Assembly: GCA_027623195.1 (NCBI GenBank)
Contig: JAQBUT010000002.1
Span: 64,001 to 128,000 of the forward strand
DNA length: 64,000 nucleotides
Direction: 5' to 3'
From: Chloroflexota bacterium
Lineage (GTDB): Bacteria; Chloroflexota; Dehalococcoidia; Lucifugimonadales; JADFKI01
Below the pieces are notes generated by a model that made no database searches, was not told where the DNA came from, and saw nothing but the letters and a program-made list of their open reading frames with translations. The translations under genes were made by a program, and so were the position numbers. How positions within the stretch are numbered: position 1 is the first letter of the stretch; every line of letters starts with the position of its first letter. Positions 38,922 to 48,840 of the stretch are shown here, in pieces.

Positions 38922-39137
38922 AACTTCACATTGCGCCCGCAACCGCCCCCTTCCCTGCGAGCCCTAACCTACTTCACTGCACTTACCGGACTGCTGGGCG
39001 TTACCCCGCCTGCGCACTAGACTATGTCTTTCTCCTTTTAAATCTGGCGTTATTTGCTGTGAAAAGCGTGCGCCTTCGTCGGTATATTCGTCTTCAATCC
39101 ATATCAACAAATCGAGCAAAAATTAATTGGGAGAATC

Positions 39138-39515
39138 ATGATGCGAACAGTTCTACGATCTAAGATTCATCGAGCCTTCGTTACGCACTGCAACGAGGAC
39201 TACATTGGTAGCATCCTCATCGATAAGGACCTGATGGAGAGGGTAAACCTTTGGGAGTATGAAAAGGTTCTGATATGCGATGTAACCAATGGCAACAGGT
39301 TCGAGACCTATGCCATTCCAGGTGAAGCCGGCTCTGGAGTCGTATCCGTGCAAGGTGCGGCTGCCAAGCTGGTAGACCAAGGCGATTGCATCATCATTAT
39401 GTCATTTGACCTTACCGACGAGCCCATTGAGCCGCAGATGATACTGGTAAACGAGCAGAACGAGTTCGTCGAATATCTCGGAGAGGCGCACTATGCTAAG
39501 CAAAAGGTTCACTGA
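39138..39515 (+). CDS. panD: Aspartate 1-decarboxylase-like pyruvoyl enzyme
   Basis: SKIHRA, Y-x-G/S-I-x-ID autocleavage site, NGNRFETY, GAAA. Confidence 0.9.
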   Translation: MMRTVLRSKIHRAFVTHCNEDYIGSILIDKDLMERVNLWEYEKVLICDVTNGNRFETYAIPGEAGSGVVSVQGAAAKLVDQGDCIIIMSFDLTDEPIEPQMILVNEQNEFVEYLGEAHYAKQKVH

Positions 39516-40314
39516 GCAAGACACCGAAAGTTACTACGACAGCCAGGACTCGATCTACAGCTCCTTTTGGGACCCTGACGGTAGCGTACATTGGGGTTAT
39601 TTCGGCGAGTCCACTGGGCACGACTTTCTAAAGGCGTGCGCCAATTTGGATTCACTTATGTCGCGCTTGGGACAGATTGGTCCTGACTCAAAAGTCTTGG
39701 ACCTTGGCTGCGGCAACGGGACCACAGCACTGAGTCTGCATGAGGCTTTCAAATGCGAGGTTGTTGGAGTTGACCTCAGTGGCGTTCGTATCGACAACGC
39801 CCGGAAAGCCCTGTTAGAGCAGTCGCCCGAAGTACAAGCGCGTGTATCGTTCGAGAAGGCCTCCGCCATTGACCTCCCCTTCGAGGATGGCGCTTTCACT
39901 CACGTGTGGAGCCAGGCGGTACTCTACCATGTTCACGATCAGGAAACGGCCCTGAAAGAGGCGTACCGCGTGCTCAAACAAGGCGGTACCCTGATTTTTG
40001 ATGATCTACTCAAGCCAAAGCCTGACGTAAGCGAACTGGCCAAAAAGCATGTCTATGAGCGGCTTTATTTCGACACTGAGTATAGCTTCGAGACATACCA
40101 GAGAGCTCTGGAGCGTGTTGGCTTCACCATCTCGGAGGCTCGGGACCTGTCAGAACACTTGAAGATGAGCTACTGGTGCCTCTCCATCATGACCCATAGT
40201 CGGGGGGGCGAGCACGCTGACCATTATGAGGAGCTGTCGCACTCTTACGAGCAGACCGCCCAGGCAGTGGTGAATAGAGAGCTTGGCTGGGGACTGTTCC
40301 TCTGCCAAAAGTGA
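39493..40314 (+). CDS. SAM-dependent methyltransferase, sarcosine/dimethylglycine N-methyltransferase-like
   Basis: YYDS..IY..FW...VHWGY, VLDLGCGNG, VWSQ..LYH, C-terminal LGWGLF; overlaps the panD end. Confidence 0.85.
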   Translation: MLSKRFTEQDTESYYDSQDSIYSSFWDPDGSVHWGYFGESTGHDFLKACANLDSLMSRLGQIGPDSKVLDLGCGNGTTALSLHEAFKCEVVGVDLSGVRIDNARKALLEQSPEVQARVSFEKASAIDLPFEDGAFTHVWSQAVLYHVHDQETALKEAYRVLKQGGTLIFDDLLKPKPDVSELAKKHVYERLYFDTEYSFETYQRALERVGFTISEARDLSEHLKMSYWCLSIMTHSRGGEHADHYEELSHSYEQTAQAVVNRELGWGLFLCQK

Positions 40315-40336
40315 TCAATCCGCGGGAGACCAGAGC

Positions 40337-40969
40337 ATGACGCAAGAAGATAACCTGGTCCAATGGGTCTACGCCTCCAAGAACGAGGACGAGTTGGAGG
40401 AGCGGTATGACCATTGGGCAAAAACATATGACGAAGACTTGAACCGAGACTTTGGCTGGTACGGCCCGATCCGAGCAGTAGAGTCGATGGGCAAATACGT
40501 CTCTAAGGACGCTCGGATTCTGGACGCAGGCGCAGGCACGGGCCTGGTAGGAAAACTGCTGGCAGACGCTGGTTACACCAACCTCGTAGCAATGGACCTA
40601 TCTCAGGGAATGCTGGATGAGGCCCGTAACAAGGGCGTGTACCAGGAGTTCCATCAGATGACCATGGGTGAAACCCTGGACTTTCCTACGAACTCCTTTG
40701 ATGCTGTTGTTACAGTTGGTGTATTGACTGTAGGCCACGCCCCGGTCAAATCGCTTGACGAACTGGTCCGGGTAACTAGGCCAGGCGGATATATTGTGTA
40801 CACGTTGAGGCCGGACCTCCTGGAGGATGGCGGCTTCAAGGAAAAGCACGCCGAGCTAGAAGCAGCCGGCAAGTGGAAGTTGACTGAAATGGGAGAGCCC
40901 ACCAAGATTCTCCCCAAGGGTGAACCGGACGTCTTCCATCAAGTGTGGGTCTTCGAAGTGCTGGCGTAG
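40337..40969 (+). CDS. Class I SAM-dependent methyltransferase
   Basis: YDHWAKTYDEDL, ILDAGAGTG, DLSQGML, ELVRVTRPGG. Confidence 0.9.
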   Translation: MTQEDNLVQWVYASKNEDELEERYDHWAKTYDEDLNRDFGWYGPIRAVESMGKYVSKDARILDAGAGTGLVGKLLADAGYTNLVAMDLSQGMLDEARNKGVYQEFHQMTMGETLDFPTNSFDAVVTVGVLTVGHAPVKSLDELVRVTRPGGYIVYTLRPDLLEDGGFKEKHAELEAAGKWKLTEMGEPTKILPKGEPDVFHQVWVFEVLA

Positions 40970-41083
40970 CGGGGCTTCCCGCTGCCGAACGTCTAGTATC
41001 GCCGCATCGCAATCGACTCACACAAATCTGACTGATTAGGGTATCCTTAGCTCCGAGATATCACAGTAATCAGGAGAAACCTC

Positions 41084-41572
41084 ATGCCCGATTTGACACC
41101 TATGGCCGCATCCGTTGGCGAGAAACTTAAGCAGAGTGGCCAGAATTTGGCCGTCTCCGAGTCCTCGTGTGGAGGGTTGCTTTCTGCCTGCCTCGTATCG
41201 GTCCCGGGGGCGTCAGCTTACTACGTAGGTGGTTCTGTGGTTTACACCAGGGTCGCCCAGAAGGGTCTGCTAGATGTGCCCGACAGCGCTATGGAGGGCA
41301 TGCGCGCCAGCACCGAAGCCTACGCTCTCATGAACGCCCGTGCCTTACGGGAGCGTCTTGGCACCACCTGGGCTCTTAGCGAAACAGGCGCCAGTGGTCC
41401 GACGGGAAACCGCTATGGCGACGATGCAGGCCATGCCTGTATCGCAGTCGCCGGTCCCATTGAGCGGGCCATAACCGTAGAGACTGGCAATTCTGATCGC
41501 GAGGCCAATATGTGGGCCTTCGCCAAGGCAGCCTTTGATCTGCTGGAAGAGTGTGTTTCGGAGGCTGGCTAG
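41084..41572 (+). CDS. CinA C-terminal domain (PncC-like) protein
   Basis: AVSESSCGGL, PGASAYY.GG, ETGASGP. Confidence 0.88.
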   Translation: MPDLTPMAASVGEKLKQSGQNLAVSESSCGGLLSACLVSVPGASAYYVGGSVVYTRVAQKGLLDVPDSAMEGMRASTEAYALMNARALRERLGTTWALSETGASGPTGNRYGDDAGHACIAVAGPIERAITVETGNSDREANMWAFAKAAFDLLEECVSEAG

Positions 41573-41590
41573 AGCCGCCATACCTCCGTC

Positions 41591-42499
41591 TTAAGCCCGG
41601 TCGCCTGATTCAGTAGCCCTGAACATGATGATAATGGTCTGCTGGTCTCCAAGCACGTACGTCGCTGGCTCCTCTATGCGCACCCCATCCACAAAGACGG
41701 CCAACTCACCTGCATGACCGTCTGGACATAGATCACCGTTTGTAAAGCTCGTCCCCCACGGCATCGTCATGCTTGAGTTCGTCAGATCCCCGCCTGATGT
41801 CCTGAAGGCCAGAGCTAACGTTGCGTTTTTGCCGGCCTCCGAGGGGTCAAACGGATGAACGTGTATTAGCTCGTCGCCGTGGCTGTGGACTCCGCCGGGA
41901 GCGCCCGGCAGATTGGGCTGCCGAACGCCGCACACGGATATGCCATATGCGTTGTGCCAGTGGTCGCCAACGTAAGGGTGGTCCGGATTCCACACAGCAT
42001 TGCTTACAGCAACCCCTAAGACGATAAGAGCTACCCCTGAGCCAATGCCGACGTAAATGAGGCGTCTTGGGAGGCCGATCACTCGGAGAAAGACGACAGC
42101 CCCAAGCCCAAGTAGGATACCAGTGACGTTGAACAAAACGTCCGACAACTGAGCCGACCGCTCTGGAAGTATGGCCTGCAGGACCTCTACGGTTATGCCA
42201 ATCGTAGTGGCTATCACCATGGCTGCTACGGCAGACCTAAGACCACCCAGCAGGCCTGGTCGGCTTCGTGCCAGAGCCACGTGAATCAGCGAGGCGAGGA
42301 TGAAGTACGCGATCACGTGGGCTGCTGCTGAGACCAGGGGCCGAGGCAACGAGGGCAACAGAAGCAGGCGTGGCGTCGAAGACAGGTACACGAGGTAGAC
42401 TACCCAGGCCGTGATAAGCAGCGTTGTGGGACTGCGGAGAAATCCTAGTCGGCGCAACTGGCTCAGTCCTGGTCGCGAGGTGAAGTCTTCATGTTCCAA
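41591..42499 (-). CDS. VanZ-like membrane protein fused to a His-rich extracytoplasmic domain
   Basis: AH..AY, EVLQ..LPERS...DV..N; C-terminal DHWH..YGI.VCG, GVHSHGD..IHVHP. Confidence 0.7.
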   Translation of the reverse strand: MEHEDFTSRPGLSQLRRLGFLRSPTTLLITAWVVYLVYLSSTPRLLLLPSLPRPLVSAAAHVIAYFILASLIHVALARSRPGLLGGLRSAVAAMVIATTIGITVEVLQAILPERSAQLSDVLFNVTGILLGLGAVVFLRVIGLPRRLIYVGIGSGVALIVLGVAVSNAVWNPDHPYVGDHWHNAYGISVCGVRQPNLPGAPGGVHSHGDELIHVHPFDPSEAGKNATLALAFRTSGGDLTNSSMTMPWGTSFTNGDLCPDGHAGELAVFVDGVRIEEPATYVLGDQQTIIIMFRATESGDRA

Positions 42500-42541
42500 T
42501 TATAACTGTATCGGGGGCGGTTCGAACTCCTCGTTTCGGGC

Positions 42542-43396
42542 CTAAACCTGGCTGTATCCGCTGCCTACCCTGCCTCCCGGAAGGCCTGTGCCCTCGGGAT
42601 TGTCAAGCTGCCCGTACTCTGCCAGAATCTGCTGGCTGTAAGTCACCCGTCCCGAGATCTTCTCCACGGGCTCTGTGGCTAGGATCAGCGCAGCGTCTGC
42701 CATGAGCTTGGGGTGCTCGCCGCGAGGGTCGTCGACGCCGGTTACCAGGTGATGGAACACCGTGCCGGGTGTCGGTACTACCTTCGACGGAGACAGCGCT
42801 GTAACCGAGATGCCGTACTCGAATAGCTCTTGGGCCAAGCCCTGGCTGAAGCGTTCCAGCGCCGCCTTTTCTGCGCCGTAGCAGGTGTGACCGCTGTTGG
42901 GCGGCACGTCTTTGTACGGACCGCGACCCGGGCCAATGGCTGCTCCGGATGAGATGTTTACAATGCTGCCGCTTTTGCGGGGTATCATATCTTCCATTAC
43001 CAGTTGGCTCAGGATAAATGGCGCATGGAAATTTACCGCCCACGACCGCATCCATCGGTTAAGCTGGTAGTCTTTGATCGGCACGAAATAGGTCAGCGCG
43101 GCGTTGTTGACCAGGACGTCCACCGGACCATAGGTCTCCTTAGTGGCCTGAACCAGGTTTTCGCAATCTTCCGGCAGCGATATGTTGGCTGCCACAGCGG
43201 TGGCTTCCCCGCCCGCCTGTTTTATTTGGTTAACAGTAGTGTTTAGGGAGCCTTCCAAGGGGTGGTCGCCCTCATCCACGGTCCTTGCGGCACAAACGAC
43301 CTTGCCGCCTTCGGCAGCGAACAGCACTGCTATTTCCTTGCCGATGCCACGGCTGGCCCCAGTTACCAGAACGACCTTGCCGTCTAACTTACCCAT
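42542..43396 (-). CDS. SDR family oxidoreductase
   Basis: TGASRGIG, NNAA, NISS, YGAEK. Confidence 0.93.
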   Translation of the reverse strand: MGKLDGKVVLVTGASRGIGKEIAVLFAAEGGKVVCAARTVDEGDHPLEGSLNTTVNQIKQAGGEATAVAANISLPEDCENLVQATKETYGPVDVLVNNAALTYFVPIKDYQLNRWMRSWAVNFHAPFILSQLVMEDMIPRKSGSIVNISSGAAIGPGRGPYKDVPPNSGHTCYGAEKAALERFSQGLAQELFEYGISVTALSPSKVVPTPGTVFHHLVTGVDDPRGEHPKLMADAALILATEPVEKISGRVTYSQQILAEYGQLDNPEGTGLPGGRVGSGYSQV

Positions 43397-43464
43397 ATAA
43401 TTTCCTCCAAAAAGTTTCAGGCGCAGGTGCCAATGTCAAAAAAATCAGCCTCGTGTGCTTCCGC

Positions 43465-44178
43465 TTAACAACCTAGTTTGCCTGCCAACTCTTCAAAGCT
43501 GGTGGCGTAGACGTCGATCCAGTCTTCGTTGGTCGTGTCGATTTCACGACTGGGCCCGTGTTCCCCTGGCCGGGGTACGAAGGCAGTCTTCATGCCTGTC
43601 TCGTGAGCCGCCTTCAGATCGTCCTTGTGTGCGGCGGTCATCATCACCTGCTCGATAGGCAACCCAAGCATCTGCGCAGCGCCCTTGTATACCTCGGGGT
43701 CGCGCTTGTAATGATGAAACAGCTCTGCGGATAGAATGCAGTCCCAGGGCAGTCCTGCGTACTTTCCCATATTGGCAAGCAGGGCTACGTTGCCATTGGA
43801 CAGCGTGGATATGAGGAACTTCGTTTTCAGTCGAGTAAGTCCCGGAGGAGAGTCCGGCCAGGCATCCAGCCTATGCCAGGACCTGTTGAAGTCGTCTTTT
43901 TCCTCTTCGGTGAGTCCCGTTATCTTGAACTCTTCCAGAAGGTCTTCGAGAATCATACGATGTAGCGTGTCGATGTTGGTCCACGGCAATTCGCCCTTGC
44001 GTACCTTGTCCATGGACGGCCGATAGCCTCCGCGCCATCGATCGGCAAACTCTGCCCAGTCAAGGGAAACGCCCTTCGCCTTGCCCAGCGCTTCGCCTTG
44101 CCGCGTGATGCTTCCGCGCCAGTCTACCACGGTGCCGAACACGTCGAACGTGAGTGCCTTTACGTCGGATAAACTCAT
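43465..44178 (-). CDS. Haloacid dehalogenase type II
   Basis: FDVFGTVVDW, LSNGN, YK.DP..Y, AAH..DL. Confidence 0.92.
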   Translation of the reverse strand: MSLSDVKALTFDVFGTVVDWRGSITRQGEALGKAKGVSLDWAEFADRWRGGYRPSMDKVRKGELPWTNIDTLHRMILEDLLEEFKITGLTEEEKDDFNRSWHRLDAWPDSPPGLTRLKTKFLISTLSNGNVALLANMGKYAGLPWDCILSAELFHHYKRDPEVYKGAAQMLGLPIEQVMMTAAHKDDLKAAHETGMKTAFVPRPGEHGPSREIDTTNEDWIDVYATSFEELAGKLGC

Positions 44179-44288
44179 TAGGATTAAACCTCCAAAGGGT
44201 CATGATGCTAAATGGGGCGTGCAAGATTGGGTCGTTCGCCTATCCCGCTTTTACCAGTAGCCTACGGGGGCTATACCAATTACGAAAA

Positions 44289-44744
44289 TCAGGGTATGAC
44301 CAGGACGGGTACATCGCCGGTGCGAATGACTCTGTCCGTATTACTTCCCAGCAACATACGCTTCAAGCCTCCATGTCCGTGGGTGGACATGACGATAAGA
44401 TCGATTCCATGCTGCTTGGCATAATCGATTATATGGTCGTGGGCGGAGCCCTCACATACCTCTCGCTCGGACTGGATTCCGTCATGCTCCAACTGCGCGG
44501 CTACGCGTTCGAGGTACTCCTCCACGCCGCTTAATTGGGCCTCTTCCAGTTGTCGAGCCAGGTCCGCAGTGCTGGGATCGGAGTCCAGGCCACCGGTTAA
44601 GGCCATGCCGCCTGAAGGGTTCCGGGAGAAGACACTAATTAGATGTATGGTAGCGCCAGAGGTCTTGGCCAGGCCCTGCGCGTGGGGCAAAGCCTTTTCT
44701 GCTAGCTTGGAACCGTCCAAGGGCACCAGGATGCGGGAGTACAT
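44289..44744 (-). CDS. Universal stress protein
   Basis: ILVPLDGS, LIVMSTHG.GG...LLGS, PVLVIP. Confidence 0.95.
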   Translation of the reverse strand: MYSRILVPLDGSKLAEKALPHAQGLAKTSGATIHLISVFSRNPSGGMALTGGLDSDPSTADLARQLEEAQLSGVEEYLERVAAQLEHDGIQSEREVCEGSAHDHIIDYAKQHGIDLIVMSTHGHGGLKRMLLGSNTDRVIRTGDVPVLVIP

Positions 44745-45084
44745 AAATCCTCCATAAGGATAACAATGCGGGTCACTCTACAGGAACCGCATGATACGGA
44801 CATGGCGTGGGCCTGTCAACGATGTGGGGCTAGACGAAAGAGGGCATCAAGCCTTGCTATGTCTGCGCCCCTCAACTCGCGGTTTCTGGTATACCGAATA
44901 TTTCTGGACTACGCCCACCACCTTTGATTACACTTTAGAGTAGCGGTGTATTTTATCTTTAGGTTACGTATATCCTCGTAAATTCGACTGAGCAGCCTGC
45001 CAGATCAATATCAGTGGATTTACTCATGGGCCGCATGGCGGCTGACCGCAACGAAATTAAAGCCCGAATAATCAAGGAGCGTTC

Positions 45085-45816
45085 ATGACTGAAGAGACCC
45101 AAGACGAAAAATTCTCCCGTGGCATGGTTGTCGTCGCCCACGCGGACGATGCCGAATTCGGCTGTTCCGGTACGGTGGCAAAGCTCTGCGCCGAGGGCTG
45201 GGATATGGTGTACGTGATGTGCACCGACGGCAGCAAGGGCAGCAGCGACCGCAAGATGACTCAAAAGGAACTTTCTCGAATTCGCCACGAAGAACAGTCT
45301 AACGCCGGCAAGGTGCTGGGGCTCAAGGACGTGGTGTTCCTGGATAACGAAGACAGCATGCTCCAGCCCACGTTGGAGCTACGCAAAAGCATCGCGCGCG
45401 AGATTCGCCGACACAAGCCCGACGTGGTTATTACTATGTACCCTATGCGCAATTTGGACGGCGACGGCTTTGGAGTAGGACACCCAGACCACATGGCGGC
45501 GGGTGAGGCGACGCTCCAGGCTATATTCCCCACCGCCCGCGATCACATGACCTTTCCCGATCTGCTGGAGAACGGCTTCGAGCCACACAAGGTTGCCGAG
45601 GTCTGGATAATGGGCCACCCGAATCCCGACCATTGGGTAGACGTGACGGACCACATGGATACGTCGGTGAAGGCTTTGTTGGAACACGTATCCCAGATGG
45701 ACGGGCGCGACGAGGCCTGGGCTAACACAGTCATGAGGGACGGGCGAAGGGAAAGGGCAGAAGGCAAGGGCATGCAGTATGCAGAGGCCTTCAAGAAGAT
45801 CGGGTTCCGCCGATAA
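45085..45816 (+). CDS. PIG-L family deacetylase
   Basis: AHADDAE, TDGSKG, HPDH, HVSQ, YAEAF. Confidence 0.9.
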   Translation: MTEETQDEKFSRGMVVVAHADDAEFGCSGTVAKLCAEGWDMVYVMCTDGSKGSSDRKMTQKELSRIRHEEQSNAGKVLGLKDVVFLDNEDSMLQPTLELRKSIAREIRRHKPDVVITMYPMRNLDGDGFGVGHPDHMAAGEATLQAIFPTARDHMTFPDLLENGFEPHKVAEVWIMGHPNPDHWVDVTDHMDTSVKALLEHVSQMDGRDEAWANTVMRDGRRERAEGKGMQYAEAFKKIGFRR

Positions 45817-45897
45817 GCAGCACGCCGTTGGGAACACTTTGATGTATGGCATATTAGGTAGGCTACGCGGCCCACCTCATATTTGTTTGCGAGCGAA

Positions 45898-46902
45898 TCA
45901 GCCTGCCGGAGCGAGGTCTCGAACTGCCTGAAATATGTTTTCTTTGTTCGGCTCGTTGAACACGAGACGAATTTCGTCCACTCCGGCGTCGAAAAAGGTC
46001 TGCATCTGCTGGCGACACTGCTGGGGATCGCCAATGATGGTCATGGCATCCACCATCTCATCGGTGACCAGTTTGGCCGCGCCGTCACGGTCTCGGCGTT
46101 CCAGGTAGGCCTCTCGTATACGGTCGGCCTCTTCCCCGAAGCCAATGCGGTGCATGTACTGGTGGTAGAAAACGCCCATACCGCCAATGTAGAAGGCGAT
46201 GTGTGGTCGTTCCCGGTCCCGTGCTGCAGGGATGTCGTCGGTAACGTATATGGAGACCTGTGGCGATATGGCAATGTCGTCCAGCGACCGGCCCGCTAAT
46301 TCCGCGCCTGCTTTAAGTTCTGCCAAAGCAGATTCCATACGCCCAGGCGCCAAATAAATAGGTAGCCAGCCGTCGGCCAACTCCCCGGTAAGACGTAGGC
46401 TCGCCGGACTCAGCGACGCGATGTAGATTGGCATGTTTGGCCGATAGGGTTGGAACCGCAGACGAAAACGTTGGGTGTGAAAGAACTCGCCTTCGTGGTC
46501 CAGCCGTTCTCCGGCCAGCGCTTTGCGAACGATGTCGATATACTCCCGCATGCGCGCCAAAGGCTTGTTGAACTGTTCCCCGTGCAGGTCTTCTATGACA
46601 AGTTTTCCGCTGGAGCCCAGTCCTAAAAAGAAGCGGCCTTCGGACATCAGGTCCATATTAAGCGCGGTCATGGCCAGGTTGGCCGGGGAGCGCGCGAACA
46701 CCGGCACGATGCTGGTGCCGATTCGGATACGTGAGGTTACCGCCGCCAGTTGAGCCAGCGACGTGAACGCGTCTTCTCCCCACGACTCGCCCATCGCCAG
46801 GCTGCTGTAGCCCAGTTCGTCGGCCAGGATTGCGAGCTCCCGCACGTCGTTCCACGACATGCCGGGAGAGCGCAGTCCCATCAGGCCTACCTTGCCTGCC
46901 AT
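45898..46902 (-). CDS. Luciferase-like monooxygenase (LLM, possibly F420-dependent)
   Basis: ESWGEDAF, IGTSI...RSP, SEGRF.LGLG, GELADGW; probable start ATG 46902. Confidence 0.9.
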   Translation of the reverse strand: MAGKVGLMGLRSPGMSWNDVRELAILADELGYSSLAMGESWGEDAFTSLAQLAAVTSRIRIGTSIVPVFARSPANLAMTALNMDLMSEGRFFLGLGSSGKLVIEDLHGEQFNKPLARMREYIDIVRKALAGERLDHEGEFFHTQRFRLRFQPYRPNMPIYIASLSPASLRLTGELADGWLPIYLAPGRMESALAELKAGAELAGRSLDDIAISPQVSIYVTDDIPAARDRERPHIAFYIGGMGVFYHQYMHRIGFGEEADRIREAYLERRDRDGAAKLVTDEMVDAMTIIGDPQQCRQQMQTFFDAGVDEIRLVFNEPNKENIFQAVRDLAPAG

Positions 46903-46912
46903 CCTGGAAGCC

Positions 46913-47701
46913 TTAGCCCTGCTTGGCTTCGAAGATGGCAAAGTAGGCGCCCTGCGGGTCGGAAACGTAGGCGAACTTGCCGAACTCGATGTCCATGACC
47001 GGCGTTACGCCCTTGCCGCCCAGGCTCTCGACCTTCTGCAGGGCCGAGTTGACTTCCTCGACGAGGAAGTAGACGTTCCACATAGGGGGTGCGCCGCCCC
47101 ACTCCTCGGGCGTTTTCATCATGCCGCCCTTCATGTTTTCGCCGTCCATTAACATCGTGTATTCAGCGTCTTGCGACATTGGCATCGTGTTAGTCCGCCA
47201 GCCGAACAGGCCGCTGTAGAACGCGCCTGCCGCCTCGGTGTCACTCGTACCAAGCTCGTTCCAGCACATGGCGCCCGGCTCATAAGCAATCTGCGTGCCT
47301 ATGTGAGCCTTAGGCTCCCACAGCGATATGTGCGCTCCCTGGGGGTCTTGCACCACCGCCATTCGACCTACATCCATCACGTCCATGGCCGGCATAACGG
47401 CCTTACCACCAAGCTCCTCAGCTTTCTTCTGGCTCTCTTCGGCGCTTGCCACCGTGACGTAGTTCACCCAGTGCGGCGGAATACCCTGCCCCTTCATCTC
47501 GTCGCCCATGTCGTACACGGCGGCGGCATTCAGGCCGCCCTTGTCGAACATTGTGTACGTCATGCCCTCGCCAGCCGGCATGTCCGTGGCGTTCCAGCCA
47601 AACAGACCTGTGTAAAAGGCCTTCGCGCCCTCCGCGTCTGAGGTGGCCAGATCGGCCCAGCTAAAGGATCCAGGTGCGTGTTCCTTTACTTCTGACATCA
47701 A
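46913..47701 (-). CDS. Two-domain VOC family protein (Rv0577/CFP32-like)
   Basis: PGSFSWADL..FY.GLFGW duplicated; DPQGA twice. Confidence 0.9.
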   Translation of the reverse strand: MMSEVKEHAPGSFSWADLATSDAEGAKAFYTGLFGWNATDMPAGEGMTYTMFDKGGLNAAAVYDMGDEMKGQGIPPHWVNYVTVASAEESQKKAEELGGKAVMPAMDVMDVGRMAVVQDPQGAHISLWEPKAHIGTQIAYEPGAMCWNELGTSDTEAAGAFYSGLFGWRTNTMPMSQDAEYTMLMDGENMKGGMMKTPEEWGGAPPMWNVYFLVEEVNSALQKVESLGGKGVTPVMDIEFGKFAYVSDPQGAYFAIFEAKQG

Positions 47702-47898
47702 TGTCTCCTTTTCAGACTTCGATTATTTAGCACTAATGTTTGTATATTGTCCGACCTCTTGTCCAGGGTCCACAATTTATCAGGTACGGACCTTACATGT
47801 GGTTGCCCAAATTATGTATTGGATCGAGAGAATTGGCACTACTTTTATGCGTCGGGCATATTCATTCCGATTTAACAGAGAAGTACCCGTCGCGGCCT

Positions 47899-47962
47899 TT
47901 CCCCCCAAGGGGGAAGAAACAATCTCCTCTCCCTCGACGGGAGAGGATTAGGGTGAGGGTGA
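47899..47962. repeat. REP-like palindromic element (CCTCTCCC-N5-GGGAGAGG family)
   Basis: Two hairpins; reverse complement of 47925-47962 matches 59577-59614 at 34/38 nt. Confidence 0.75.
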
Positions 47963-48049
47963 GGTCGTCCTCGTCCCCGGCCGAAAAACGTACCGCAATT
48001 CAGCCATAGACAAATCCGCCTTCAACGTGATCCCGAAGCCAGGCCCGCC

Positions 48050-48748
48050 CTACCCCAGCAGCAGCTTGCTCAACTCGGCCGGGTGGCTAAGCATGGGGTA
48101 GTGTCCTGCATCCAACTCGTACCATGCTGCGTTGAGCTTGTCTGCGGTGGCCCGCTGATGTGCCTCCGGTGGGTTGACACTCAGGCGGCAACGGATGACC
48201 GTGGCTGGCCACTCCTGCGACCAGAAGCCGTCTAGCTCTCCGGGCGCGTCCGAGGCCTCGATTGGATGCGCGGTGCAGCGGTCTACGGCCCAGGCCTTCA
48301 GCGTCGGCTCCAGGTCGGCGAACAAACGCGTTTCCAACTCCTCTCGCGTGGGGCCGCGAGTGAGTTCTGTGGTCGTCATGGGCGCTGAATCGGGGTTACG
48401 CTGCACGATATCGGTAACCTTCTGGCCGGGCTGCGGAGCCAGGGCGTCTACGAAAAAGATGTGCTTGATTCTGTCTCGAGCCAACTCGGCGATCTTGGCT
48501 ACCACCAGACCACCGGTGCTTGTGCCTGCGAGCATCACGTTGTCAATGTCCTCGTAGAACATCAAGTCTGCTAACTCTTGGGCCTGTGTCGCGATGGTGA
48601 TGCCGGGCCGAATCTGATGGCGGCGTTCGGCACAACCGTCCAGTGTCGGGACGTAGACGTTGTGTCCAGCCTCTCTCAAAATCTTGGCCGTTGGCTGCCA
48701 AATCCAGGCACCCTGAAATGATCCATGAACCAGTACGTAGTTTGCCAT
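48050..48748 (-). CDS. Alpha/beta hydrolase (methylesterase-like)
   Basis: VLVHG...W, GTSTGG nucleophile elbow, GHYPMLSHP. Confidence 0.9.
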   Translation of the reverse strand: MANYVLVHGSFQGAWIWQPTAKILREAGHNVYVPTLDGCAERRHQIRPGITIATQAQELADLMFYEDIDNVMLAGTSTGGLVVAKIAELARDRIKHIFFVDALAPQPGQKVTDIVQRNPDSAPMTTTELTRGPTREELETRLFADLEPTLKAWAVDRCTAHPIEASDAPGELDGFWSQEWPATVIRCRLSVNPPEAHQRATADKLNAAWYELDAGHYPMLSHPAELSKLLLG

Positions 48749-48840
48749 TTCTTCTCCTTATGCTTTCTCTGTGACTGGCCGCCTGCAGGCCAGTGTCCGG
48801 GTCATTACGCTTCTTGTGGGAGCGAACCCGCCGTGACGGG

